Part shown: positions 54,918-64,000 of the stretch, one piece after another | How the letters are laid out: each line of letters begins with the position of its first letter | Position numbering within the stretch: position 1 is the stretch's first letter | Source of the DNA: Candidatus Sericytochromatia bacterium | Lineage (GTDB): Bacteria; Cyanobacteriota; Sericytochromatia; UBA7694; JACMQJ01 | Assembly (NCBI GenBank): GCA_026004035.1 | Contig: BPII01000006.1 | Location: forward strand, 80,428-144,427 | Reading direction: 5' to 3' | DNA length: 64,000 bases | Translations under genes and position numbers: made by a program | Notes under the pieces: generated by a model | Database searches by the model: none | Told to the model about the DNA's origin: nothing | The model's input: only the letters and a program-made list of their open reading frames with translations

Positions 54918-55769
54918 ATGACTATAATAATTGATGGAAAAGAAATTTCAAAAAAAATATTAGCTGAAATAAAAGCTGAAACAAAGTTATTATACAATAG
55001 ATATGAAGTTAAACCAGGTCTTGCTGTAATAATTGTTGGTAACAATCCAGCATCTAAAATATATGTAAAAAGAAAGAGACAAACATGTCAATCTTTAGAC
55101 TTTTATTCAGAAGACTATGACTTAGATGAAAGTATTACAGAGAAAGAACTTTTAAATCTTATAAGTGATTTAAATAATGAGCCATCAATTCATGGAATAC
55201 TAGTTCAATTACCTTTACCTAAACATTTGAATGAAAAAAAAATACTTAACTTTATAAATTATCAGAAAGATGTTGATGGATTTCATCCTATTAATCAGGC
55301 ATCATTACTTACAAATGAAAGTTTAATATTACCTTGCACTCCACTTGGAATTTTGGAATTGTTAAAAATATACAATATAGAAATTGAAGGAAAACATTCA
55401 GTAATAATTGGTAGAAGTAATATAGTTGGAAAACCCTTGTCTTTAATGTTATTGAGAGAAAATGCAACTGTAACAATATGTCATTCTAAAACTTTTAATT
55501 TAGAACATTACACAAAACAAGCTGACATATTAATATCAGCAGTTGGAAAACCTCAATTTATAAAAGAAAATATGGTAAAAGAAAATTCTGTTGTAATTGA
55601 TGTTGGTATAAACAGACTTGAAGATGGTAAATTAGTTGGTGATGTTGATTTTGAAAATGTTAAAAATAAAGTTTATGCAATCACTCCTGTTCCTGGTGGT
55701 GTTGGTCCTATGACAATAGCAATGCTTATGAAAAATACTCTATTAGCTTGTAAAAAATTATCTTTATAA
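54918..55769 (+). CDS. folD: Methylenetetrahydrofolate dehydrogenase/cyclohydrolase
   Basis: GILVQLPLP, KDVDGFHP, PCTP.G, GRSNIVGKP and TPVPGGVGPMT motifs. Confidence 0.97.
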   Translation: MTIIIDGKEISKKILAEIKAETKLLYNRYEVKPGLAVIIVGNNPASKIYVKRKRQTCQSLDFYSEDYDLDESITEKELLNLISDLNNEPSIHGILVQLPLPKHLNEKKILNFINYQKDVDGFHPINQASLLTNESLILPCTPLGILELLKIYNIEIEGKHSVIIGRSNIVGKPLSLMLLRENATVTICHSKTFNLEHYTKQADILISAVGKPQFIKENMVKENSVVIDVGINRLEDGKLVGDVDFENVKNKVYAITPVPGGVGPMTIAMLMKNTLLACKKLSL

Positions 55770-55770
55770 T

Positions 55771-56982
55771 TTAATTAAATTTTGAAATAAATTCATCTAT
55801 TGAATTATATTTTGGCTCTATTTGATTTAATAGCTCTAAGGCTAACCCATTTGTAAAATCTCTTTCTTTTAAATTACTTTTATCCATTATCACATGCTTA
55901 CCATTTTTATAAGCAAAAAATAACTCCTGTAGATTTGCTAAATTTCCTTTTCCAAAAGGAACATTACTTAAATATATATAATTAACTTCATTTAATTTTT
56001 GTCTTAATTTAATAATATTTTCATCTTTTATATAAGAAAATGGTTCTTCTTCTATTATTTCTAAATTATTTTTTTTAGCTATTATGTAATCAGAGTCTCC
56101 TATATTTAATACTCCTAATGAAACTTTAGCATTAGAATTTGATAACAAATTAATTATATCTATTGCACTACCTCCACCACATATTATATGTATTTTTTTG
56201 TTTTTTAAATCTAAATACTTATATTTTTTAGGAACAATATATGGTCTATTATTTAAATTGTTATAAAAAATATCCCACTTATCACCAAAAACATTATTTA
56301 TATTTTTATAATTTATAACATCATTAGGATGTCCGAAATCAACTATTTGTCCATTATTAATTAAAATTATTTTATCAGAAAAATAAGAAGCAATATTTAT
56401 ATCATGTAAAATTGTTATAATTGTAATTTTATTATTCTTGGAAATATCTTTAATTAAGCTAATAATCTCACTTTGGTAATTTATATCAAGATGAGAAATA
56501 GGTTCATCAAGCAAAAGTATTTTAGGTTCTTGAGCTAATGCTTTAGCTAGAATAACTCTCTGTTTTTCACCACTACTTAAATCATTTATATTTTTGTTTA
56601 AAAATTTGCTTACATTACATAAATTGGCTACTTCTTCTATAATTTTTATATCTTTTTTACTTAAATTTCCAAAAAAGTTTTGATAAGGATATCTTCCAAA
56701 GGATATATAGTCAAAAACTAATATTTTATTCTCAAAATTATTTTCAGCTGGAACAAATGTTCTTATTTTTGATAAATTTTTTATATTTATATCTTTAATA
56801 TTTTGATTATCTATATAAACAACACCTTGATAATTGTCTAATATAGAGCTTATTATTTTTAATAATGTTGATTTACCAGCTCCATTTGGACCTATTATAG
56901 AAACAAATTCAGATTTATTTATACTAAATTTTATATTTTTTAATATATTCAAATAACTTAAGTTACTTACCTTTAAACTCAT
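55771..56982 (-). CDS. Cobalamin/Fe-siderophore ABC transporter ATP-binding protein with C-terminal extension
   Basis: GPNGAGKST, LSSGEKQR and LLLDEP motifs. Extra domain IHIICGGGS..GVLNIGDSD..PFGKGNL. Confidence 0.85.
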   Translation of the reverse strand: MSLKVSNLSYLNILKNIKFSINKSEFVSIIGPNGAGKSTLLKIISSILDNYQGVVYIDNQNIKDINIKNLSKIRTFVPAENNFENKILVFDYISFGRYPYQNFFGNLSKKDIKIIEEVANLCNVSKFLNKNINDLSSGEKQRVILAKALAQEPKILLLDEPISHLDINYQSEIISLIKDISKNNKITIITILHDINIASYFSDKIILINNGQIVDFGHPNDVINYKNINNVFGDKWDIFYNNLNNRPYIVPKKYKYLDLKNKKIHIICGGGSAIDIINLLSNSNAKVSLGVLNIGDSDYIIAKKNNLEIIEEEPFSYIKDENIIKLRQKLNEVNYIYLSNVPFGKGNLANLQELFFAYKNGKHVIMDKSNLKERDFTNGLALELLNQIEPKYNSIDEFISKFN

Positions 56983-58349
56983 TAATTTTTTCTTAATTTA
57001 TTCGAAGAGACATCTATAATTTGCTCTTGCTTAGAAATAAGATAATCAGAAAAATCTTTACCTACAATTATTGTATAATCAGTGTATAAATCACCTATAC
57101 TTGCATTTACTAACTCAACAGGTATTTGTAAATCATTTTTTAAAAATTGTGCTGGTTTTTCTTTACCTGTTTGAATTATTATCTTTGTTTTATTAACTTT
57201 CTCTTTTGATTCTCCAACAGACCAAACAATCCAACCATTATCTCTTAAATATCTAGAAGTTTTAGCTGCTAATCTAGGAATATCTGATCCATTTAGAACT
57301 GTTATTTTATACTTTCTTTTTTCTATGTCTGAAAAATTATTTATATTATCAATGTTTTTATCTGCATATATAGATTCTGGAAATCTTTCATTTATTAGTT
57401 CCTTAAAATTATATTCATCTATTTTCCAATAACTTATACCATGCCTATTATAAAATTCACCTGGTAACATTACCATTTTTATATTTTCTCTTTCCAAATT
57501 CTTTGCAAAATAAGCAATTTTAAGCATTTTAGAATAACTCATGTCAGTTATAAGATTTTTTTTTACTTCTTTAACAAGTTCTGGTATCTTTGTAAAAATT
57601 GTTGGATTCATTAATTTTAATGTTAATGCATTTATAAATTTTTGTTGTCTTTGAACTCTGCCAATATCTCCTATTTCATCATGTCTAAACCTAACATAAG
57701 CATGTGCTTTTTTACCATCAAGTAATTGTTTCCCTTTTTTTAAATCAATATACAATTTTGCTGTGTCATCTTTATATTTCATATCCTTTTCAACATCTAT
57801 TTCTATACCACCTAAAATATCTATTATGTTTATAAGAGCATTTACTTTTAAAATAACATAATGATGTATTGGCATTCCTACAAGATTAGATACAACTTGT
57901 CTTGCTAATTGTTCTCCACCAATAGCATAAGCTGAATTTATTTTGTCATAATAATTTTTACCAGGTATTAATATACGAGTATCTCTAGGTATAGAAAGCA
58001 TATTTATTTGTTTTTTTGATGGATTTATATTTACAAAAATCATGGTATCTGTTCTTGTAGGAGCATCTTCTATAACTTTACCTCTATAATAACTTATATC
58101 ACTTCCCATTACCAATATATTTAAAGTTTCTTCTAAAGGATTTCTTATTTCTTGTATTGTATTTACAGCTTTTTTTATATCAGATATTGATGTTATAGAA
58201 AATTTTTCATCACTACTATCATTAATTATATTTATTACACTATTTGCAGTTGCTAATGCTATTCCTAATCCCCATGAAAGTGATATAAATATTAATGAAA
58301 ATATTACTCTAAATATAATTTTATTTTTTTTGGATTTCTTTTTTAACAT
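56982..58349 (-). CDS. LCP (LytR/CpsA/Psr) family protein with LytR_C domain
   Basis: NILVMGSD, RTDTMI, SIPRDT, YVRFRHD and DIGRVQRQQ motifs, then C-terminal ITVLNGS...DYTIIVGKD. Confidence 0.93.
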   Translation of the reverse strand: MLKKKSKKNKIIFRVIFSLIFISLSWGLGIALATANSVINIINDSSDEKFSITSISDIKKAVNTIQEIRNPLEETLNILVMGSDISYYRGKVIEDAPTRTDTMIFVNINPSKKQINMLSIPRDTRILIPGKNYYDKINSAYAIGGEQLARQVVSNLVGMPIHHYVILKVNALINIIDILGGIEIDVEKDMKYKDDTAKLYIDLKKGKQLLDGKKAHAYVRFRHDEIGDIGRVQRQQKFINALTLKLMNPTIFTKIPELVKEVKKNLITDMSYSKMLKIAYFAKNLERENIKMVMLPGEFYNRHGISYWKIDEYNFKELINERFPESIYADKNIDNINNFSDIEKRKYKITVLNGSDIPRLAAKTSRYLRDNGWIVWSVGESKEKVNKTKIIIQTGKEKPAQFLKNDLQIPVELVNASIGDLYTDYTIIVGKDFSDYLISKQEQIIDVSSNKLRKN

Positions 58350-58544
58350 TTTAAATTAAAAATAAAGAAAAATCTTATCACAATAAAAACTATTCTCACT
58401 TGTATCTAAATAATTTTTAATACTATCAATAAATTTAATATTACTAATAACAATTATAAAATCTTTTTTTAAGAATAGATAAAATTTAGGTAAAATGTAC
58501 ATTTATTTTGTTAATATTTAATCATTATCTTTTTATTTTTAAAT

Positions 58545-61376
58545 ATGTTAGAAAGTTTTGTAAATAGACATATAAATATCTCTGATGAAGATTTATCTTT
58601 AATGTTAAAAGAAATAAATGTTACTTCAATTGATGAATTAATAGATAAAACAATTCCTGAATATATAAGACTAAAAGAGAATTTGAATTTACCTGAACCT
58701 TCAAGCGAATATGAATTATTAGAAGAGATAAATAAAAAAGCAAATAAGAATAAAGTTTTTAAAACGTATATAGGATTAGGTTACTACAATACAATAACAC
58801 CAAGTGTTATTTTAAGAAATATTTTTGAAAATCCTTCATGGTATACTTCATATACGCCTTATCAAGCTGAAATTTCACAAGGAAGATTAGAATCTCTTTT
58901 AAACTTTCAAACTGCAATTTCCGAACTAACTGGACTTCCAATTTCAAATGCTTCTTTACTAGATGAAGGAACAGCTGCTGCTGAAGCTATGGCAATGTTT
59001 TATAGAATAAATCCTAAAAAAAGATTCTTTATTTCTGATAAATGTTTTATACAAACAATACAAGTTGTAAAAACAAGAGCATTAGCTTTAGGTTTAGAAG
59101 TAATTATTGGTGATGTTAATGAGTATTTAAATGATGAAAATATTTGTGGATATATTCTACAATATCCTGATGAAAAAGGTAATATTTTAGATTATTCTAA
59201 AGTAATAGAAAAAATACATCAAAATAAGTCTTTAGTAGCTTTAGCTTGTGATATTTTATCTTTAACAATTTTAAAAACTCCTGCTGAAATGAATGCTGAT
59301 GTTGCTTTTGGAAGTACTCAAAGATTAGGAATACCTTTAGGATATGGTGGTCCACATGCTGCATTCTTTGCTACAAAAGAAGAGTTTAAAAGACAAGTTC
59401 CAGGTAGAATAATAGGTGTCTCAATAGATAAATATGGAAATAAAGCATATAGAATGGCTTTACAAACAAGGGAACAACATATAAGAAGAGATAAAGCAAA
59501 TTCTAATATATGCACTTCACAATCATTATTAGCAAATATGGCTTCAATGTATTGTATTTACCATGGTCCAAATGGATTAAAAAAAATTTCTAATAGAATT
59601 CATAAATATGCATGTATTTTAGAAAAGAATTTAATAAATTTAGGTTATAAACAATTAAATGAAAATTTTTTTGATACATTAAGAATATATTCTGATATTG
59701 GAATAAAAAAAATAAAGGAAATTGCAATTGAAAATAAAACAAATTTTAGATATATAAATGAAAATGAAATTGCTATTTCAATAGATGAAACTACTTCATT
59801 ACAAGATATAGAAGAAATAGTAAAAATTTTTGCATTATCAAAAAATATTGATTTTATATTTATTCAAAATGTTAATTATGATAGAATAGATAATTCTTTA
59901 AAAAGAAAATCAGAATTTTTAAAACATAAAATATTTAATTGTTATCATTCTGAAACAGAGTTATTAAGGTATATAAAAACTCTTGAGAAAAGAGATATAT
60001 CATTAACGGAATCTATGATACCTCTTGGTTCTTGCACAATGAAGCTTAATCCAACAACAACATTAATTCCTTTATCATGGCGAAAATTTGCAAATATACA
60101 TCCTTTTGTTCCAAAAGAACAAGTTCAAGGATATTTAGAAATAATACAAGAATTAGAAAAATATCTCTGTGAAATAACAGGCTTTTCTGCTGTATCTTTA
60201 CAACCAAACTCAGGTGCTCAAGGTGAGTTTGCAGGTCTTTTGACTATAAGAGAATATTTAAAAGATAATAATCAAGAAAACAGAAATATAGCATTAATAC
60301 CATCTTCAGCACATGGAACTAATCCAGCTAGTGCAGTTATGGCAGGTTTTAATGTAGTTGTTATAAATTGTGATGAAAACGGGAATATAGATTTTAATGA
60401 TTTATCAAAAAAAGTAGAAGATAATAAAGATAATTTAGCAGTTCTGATGATAACATATCCATCGACACATGGAGTATTTGAAGAAAACATAATAGATATA
60501 TGTGATTTAATTCATAAAAATGGTGGATTTGTCTATATGGATGGAGCTAATATGAATGCACAAGTAGGATTGACAAATCCTAGAAAAATAGGTGCTGATG
60601 TTTGTCATCTTAATTTACATAAAACTTTTGCAATACCACATGGTGGTGGTGGTCCAGGAGCAGGTCCAATTGCTGTAACAGAAAAATTAAAAAAATATTT
60701 ACCATCTCATCCAATATTAGATAATTTTAAAGAAACATCTATAACTGTTTCATCAGCACCTTGGGGAAGTGCTTTAATATTACTAATATCCTATTCTTAT
60801 ATAAGACTTTTAGGCTCTGAAGGTCTTAAACTATCAACAAAATATGCCATTTTAAATGCAAATTATATTAAATCAAGATTAGAAAAATATTATAAAGTTC
60901 TTTTTAAAGGAAAAAATAATACAGTAGCTCATGAAATGATAATTGATTTTAGAGAATTTAAAAAAATCAATATAGATGTTGAAGATATAGCTAAAAGATT
61001 AGCTGATTATGGTTTTCATGCTCCAACTATATCTTGGCCTGTTCCTGGAACTATTATGATAGAACCTACCGAAAGTGAATCTAAAAAGGAGTTAGATAAA
61101 TTTTGTGATGCTATGATAAGTATTTATAATGAAATCAAAGAAATAGAAAATGAAAAATATAGTAAAGAAAACAATGTTTTAAAAAACTCTCCACATACAA
61201 TATACGATTTAGTAAAAGAAAACTGGGATTTCCCTTATTCAAAAGAAAAAGCTGTTTTTCCTTTAGAATACTTAAAGAACAATAAATTTTTTCCAAGTGT
61301 TAATAGGATAAATAATGCTTATGGTGATAGAAATTTAATTTGCACTTGTCCTAATATAGATGATTATAAAAGTTAG
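58545..61376 (+). CDS. gcvP: Glycine dehydrogenase (decarboxylating), single-chain P protein
   Basis: YTPYQAEISQGRLE, NASLLDEGTAAAEA, HLNLHKTF (PLP lysine) and IEPTESES motifs. Confidence 0.97.
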   Translation: MLESFVNRHINISDEDLSLMLKEINVTSIDELIDKTIPEYIRLKENLNLPEPSSEYELLEEINKKANKNKVFKTYIGLGYYNTITPSVILRNIFENPSWYTSYTPYQAEISQGRLESLLNFQTAISELTGLPISNASLLDEGTAAAEAMAMFYRINPKKRFFISDKCFIQTIQVVKTRALALGLEVIIGDVNEYLNDENICGYILQYPDEKGNILDYSKVIEKIHQNKSLVALACDILSLTILKTPAEMNADVAFGSTQRLGIPLGYGGPHAAFFATKEEFKRQVPGRIIGVSIDKYGNKAYRMALQTREQHIRRDKANSNICTSQSLLANMASMYCIYHGPNGLKKISNRIHKYACILEKNLINLGYKQLNENFFDTLRIYSDIGIKKIKEIAIENKTNFRYINENEIAISIDETTSLQDIEEIVKIFALSKNIDFIFIQNVNYDRIDNSLKRKSEFLKHKIFNCYHSETELLRYIKTLEKRDISLTESMIPLGSCTMKLNPTTTLIPLSWRKFANIHPFVPKEQVQGYLEIIQELEKYLCEITGFSAVSLQPNSGAQGEFAGLLTIREYLKDNNQENRNIALIPSSAHGTNPASAVMAGFNVVVINCDENGNIDFNDLSKKVEDNKDNLAVLMITYPSTHGVFEENIIDICDLIHKNGGFVYMDGANMNAQVGLTNPRKIGADVCHLNLHKTFAIPHGGGGPGAGPIAVTEKLKKYLPSHPILDNFKETSITVSSAPWGSALILLISYSYIRLLGSEGLKLSTKYAILNANYIKSRLEKYYKVLFKGKNNTVAHEMIIDFREFKKINIDVEDIAKRLADYGFHAPTISWPVPGTIMIEPTESESKKELDKFCDAMISIYNEIKEIENEKYSKENNVLKNSPHTIYDLVKENWDFPYSKEKAVFPLEYLKNNKFFPSVNRINNAYGDRNLICTCPNIDDYKS

Positions 61377-61385
61377 ATTAAAAAA

Positions 61386-61469
61386 TGCTGAAGAAGGGAT
61401 TTGAACCCTTACTCTTTTTCAAGAACTAGACTCTGAATCTAGCGCGTCTACCAATTCCGCCACTTCAGC
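61386..61469 (-). tRNA. tRNA-Leu(CAG), CCA not encoded
   Basis: GCTGAAG/CTTCAGC acceptor stem, D-loop GGAATTGGTAGAC, anticodon arm CTAGA-TTCAGAG-TCTAG, long variable arm, T-loop GGTTCAAATCC, discriminator A. Confidence 0.93.
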
Positions 61470-61902
61470 TTAATAGATTATTCATTGCATTTAAAGCTAA
61501 TATATAACTATTATAACTAAAACCTGTTATTATACCATCTGATACTTTTGAAATATAAGAAATTTTTCTAAAATCTTCTCTAGCATATATATTTGATAAA
61601 TGAACTTCTATAACTTTTAAATTAATTGAAGATAAAGCATCCATTATTGCTATACTAGTATGTGTATAAGCACCGGGGTTTATTATTATTCCATTGTAAT
61701 TATTATAATATGCTTCATGTATAAAATTAACAATTTCACCTTCTATATTACTTTGCTTAATATTCACTAAAATATTTAACTTTTTTGCTTCTTCTTCAAT
61801 TTTACTATTTATTTCTTCTAGCGAAAGATTACCATAGATATTTTTTTCTCTTATTCCTAGTAAATTTAAATTTACTCCATGAATTATAAAAATTTTTTTC
61901 AT
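61465..61902 (-). CDS. aroQ: Type II 3-dehydroquinate dehydratase
   Basis: NLNLLG.RE..IYG, QSN.EG, INPGAYTHTS and EVHLSNI.ARE motifs. Confidence 0.95.
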   Translation of the reverse strand: MKKIFIIHGVNLNLLGIREKNIYGNLSLEEINSKIEEEAKKLNILVNIKQSNIEGEIVNFIHEAYYNNYNGIIINPGAYTHTSIAIMDALSSINLKVIEVHLSNIYAREDFRKISYISKVSDGIITGFSYNSYILALNAMNNLLS

Positions 61903-61926
61903 TTAAAAAGAATCTTTATAGAATTT

Positions 61927-63399
61927 TTAATTATTTGATAAGAATTCTTTCATTTTATTTACTTCTTTATCATTACCTAAAGTATTAAGAATAGACATTA
62001 TATTTTCTTTAGGCATTGAGTTATTATTTATTTGATTAGCTAAATAAACTTTTACTTTAAAGAAAGTTTCTGGACCAAATTTTCCATCAACTTTTGCACC
62101 AACTAATCTTTGTAATTCCGTAATACTATTTAGATTAAACTTACTAGATATTTCTTTTGCTTTTTTTGTTGTTAATAATGGCATATCATTACTCATTATA
62201 ATTTCATTTGGAAAAGCATTTTTTAAAGCTGATTTTGTTTCTTTATTATATCCTGGCCAATTTAACAACATAGTAAATTTATTTTCATTATTACTTACTT
62301 GATTTGTATTATTATTTTGTTGAGAGTTTGAATTAGAGTTAAGAGTAAGAGATCCCCCGTTTTGTTCCATCTTATCATACAATTCAGCTAAAAAATTAAT
62401 TTCTTCATCATCAAATTCAGCGTTTTTTCTATTTGGAGCTGCTGCAAGTTTTAATTTCTCAAAATCATCAGCATTTATTACTCCTTTTTTGCTTACTTCA
62501 TTCCATGTAGCTTTTAAAGAATTTGGTATATTAAATCCATAATTATTACTTACTTGATTTGTATTATTATTTTGTTGAGGGTTATTAGATAAATTTTTTA
62601 TTCCTTCATCTAATATTTTTATTGAATTATTGAAAATACTTTTAACATTTTCACTATTTTTTAAAGTATCAGGTAATTTTGACAATAAGTCAGTTATTTT
62701 ACTTTTACTTTTTATTAAAGAATTTTTATCATTAAAATTAGAATTTTTTACTATTTCATCAACTTTTTTATTAAAATCTTGTAATAATAAAAGCTTATCT
62801 AATCTATCATTAACAATCTTTTTTATAGGTTTAAAATCAGGTTCATCTTCAAAATCTTTAAGTATTTCATTTATTTTTCTTAAATCATCAGATGTTAATT
62901 CATGATTATTATTAAAAGAACTTTCTTTTAATTCCAAAATTGTTTTAGAATCTTTTATTAAGCTTTTTAAATTTGATAAAAAATTTTTTTCATTATCATC
63001 TAATTCTTCATCAGTCCAATTTGGAGATGCAGCTTCTAATAATAATTTGTATTCACTAGGTGTTATTTTATTATCTGATATTATTTGATTCCATTTTTCT
63101 TTTAAAGTCATTGGTACTTCTGATAATTTATTTTTATCTACTTGTACTACATTAGTTTTTTCTTGATAAGATTTATCAGAATTTAGTAATATTTCTGAAA
63201 CAGGTATTTTACCTTTATTGACATCTTTACTAAGTTTTGAATATAAATTTTGTAAAAATTTCTCTTCTTCCTTATCTATTTCTTCAGTAAGTCCATTAGG
63301 TGCTACTTCTTTTACAATACTATTGTAATCTTCTTTTGTTATAAAGCCGTCCGAAGAAACTTTATTCCAAATATTTTCTAACGATTTAGGTATATCCAT
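61927..63399 (-). CDS. Hypothetical protein with three repeats of an acidic helical module and a C-terminal peptidoglycan-binding-like motif
   Basis: (I/V)P..L...WN......G.I...(D/E)(Y/F)..L...A.PN....E.D..E..FL..L occurs three times. LQRLVGAKVDGKFGPET near the C-terminus. Confidence 0.75.
   Translation of the reverse strand: MDIPKSLENIWNKVSSDGFITKEDYNSIVKEVAPNGLTEEIDKEEEKFLQNLYSKLSKDVNKGKIPVSEILLNSDKSYQEKTNVVQVDKNKLSEVPMTLKEKWNQIISDNKITPSEYKLLLEAASPNWTDEELDDNEKNFLSNLKSLIKDSKTILELKESSFNNNHELTSDDLRKINEILKDFEDEPDFKPIKKIVNDRLDKLLLLQDFNKKVDEIVKNSNFNDKNSLIKSKSKITDLLSKLPDTLKNSENVKSIFNNSIKILDEGIKNLSNNPQQNNNTNQVSNNYGFNIPNSLKATWNEVSKKGVINADDFEKLKLAAAPNRKNAEFDDEEINFLAELYDKMEQNGGSLTLNSNSNSQQNNNTNQVSNNENKFTMLLNWPGYNKETKSALKNAFPNEIIMSNDMPLLTTKKAKEISSKFNLNSITELQRLVGAKVDGKFGPETFFKVKVYLANQINNNSMPKENIMSILNTLGNDKEVNKMKEFLSNN
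62287..62579. repeat. 38-bp exact direct repeat inside the gene (62287-62324 and 62542-62579)
   Basis: ATTATTACTTACTTGATTTGTATTATTATTTTGTTGAG twice, encoding QQNNNTNQVSNN linkers on either side of the third module. Confidence 0.9.
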
Positions 63400-63520
63400 T
63401 TTATCACCTAAATAAAATAACTATATAGTTACTTTATTTATACCAAATATTTTTTATTAAACTTGCTTTATATTTTATTAATTTAATTTTATTAAATAAT
63501 AAATTCTATTTTTCAAAAAA

Positions 63521-63960
63521 TTACTTAACTATAAGAACAGGACAGGATGCATGATGAAGAACATAGTTTACTAACACTATTCAATAAAGCACTTTTAACA
63601 TTACCTAAGCCTCTATTAGACATTATTATTAAGTTAGTAGAAGAATTTTTAGAAGTTTCTACAATTGATGGACCAGGCGGTCCCTTCAATAAAGTATAAT
63701 TAGCTTTTACCTCCCTCATTTTTTAATTTATTTACTGTTTCTTCTAAAATTTTTTGTCCATGTTCTTTTAAATTATGCTCAATATTTGATAAATATACAT
63801 AATGTGATGAACTATGAGCATTAAAATGTGAAGGTAAAATAGTAAGAATGTAAAACTGTTACATCAGCATCATGTTTTAAATGCAAATTCTTTTACAAGT
63901 TCAAAGGCTTTTTAAAGAGTGTTCATGTCCATCTATTGGAAATAAAATATTTTTTATCAT
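63521..63960 (-). CDS. Universal stress protein (UspA family), frameshifted
   Basis: AAGGAG RBS, then MIKNILFPIDG.EHS, G.P...IV, LIIMSNRGLG..KSALL.SVS and PVLIVK*. Confidence 0.88.
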
Positions 63961-64000
63961 TGTTCATCTCCTTTAATAAGCATTACTGGGCAATTTGTAT

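Noticed and set aside
58350-58544. Glycine riboswitch upstream of gcvP
   Set aside because: No GGAGA/CCGAAG-type conserved core or GC-rich stems are visible.
61386-61469. Selenocysteine or opal-suppressor tRNA (TCA within the loop), or a tRNA integration site
   Set aside because: The 5-bp stem and 7-nt loop place CAG at positions 34-36, and the 7-bp acceptor stem with A73 fits Leu. No integrase or duplicated tRNA 3' end was seen.
2221-62905. Many short antisense or overlapping ORFs in the track (e.g. 2221, 3441, 12188, 13882, 15202, 28287, 53369, 60272, 62630)
   Set aside because: They lie within well-supported genes, show no recognisable motifs, and have the composition expected of shadow frames.
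63984-64000. Possible start of a fourth MITE copy (TACTGGGCAATT)
   Set aside because: Only about 6 bp match the terminal repeat before the window ends, which is not enough.

Overview
A 64 kb chromosomal window from a very AT-rich diderm bacterium. The clpC, ldpA, SagB/ThcOx-type oxidase and one conserved hypothetical gene look cyanobacterial, but no photosynthesis genes are present. The best inference is a non-photosynthetic relative of Cyanobacteria (Sericytochromatia or Vampirovibrionia-like). The window mixes housekeeping genes (add, dut, clpC, murA, folD, gcvP, aroQ, hemN, queD, ahpC, copA, tRNA-Leu) with envelope and signalling genes. About 13 genes are broken by single-base insertions, mostly in homopolymers, which most likely reflects unpolished long-read error. 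No CRISPR array, prophage or intact transposase was seen. The most interesting loci are: (1) a non-canonical chaperone-usher-like pilus operon whose barrel gene carries a secretin-type pilus N-domain and SdrD-B repeats, divergent from a type IV pilin across an A24 tract; (2) an ECF sigma / zinc anti-sigma operon ending in an orphan lasso-peptide B2 peptidase; (3) an ldpA-queD-hemN cluster; (4) a lone CcmP/CsoS1D-type microcompartment trimer gene; (5) two families of dispersed non-coding repeats; (6) an unannotated ccoS gene; and (7) a tRNA whose 5' end overlaps the aroQ stop codon. All family assignments come from motif recognition by eye, not database searches.
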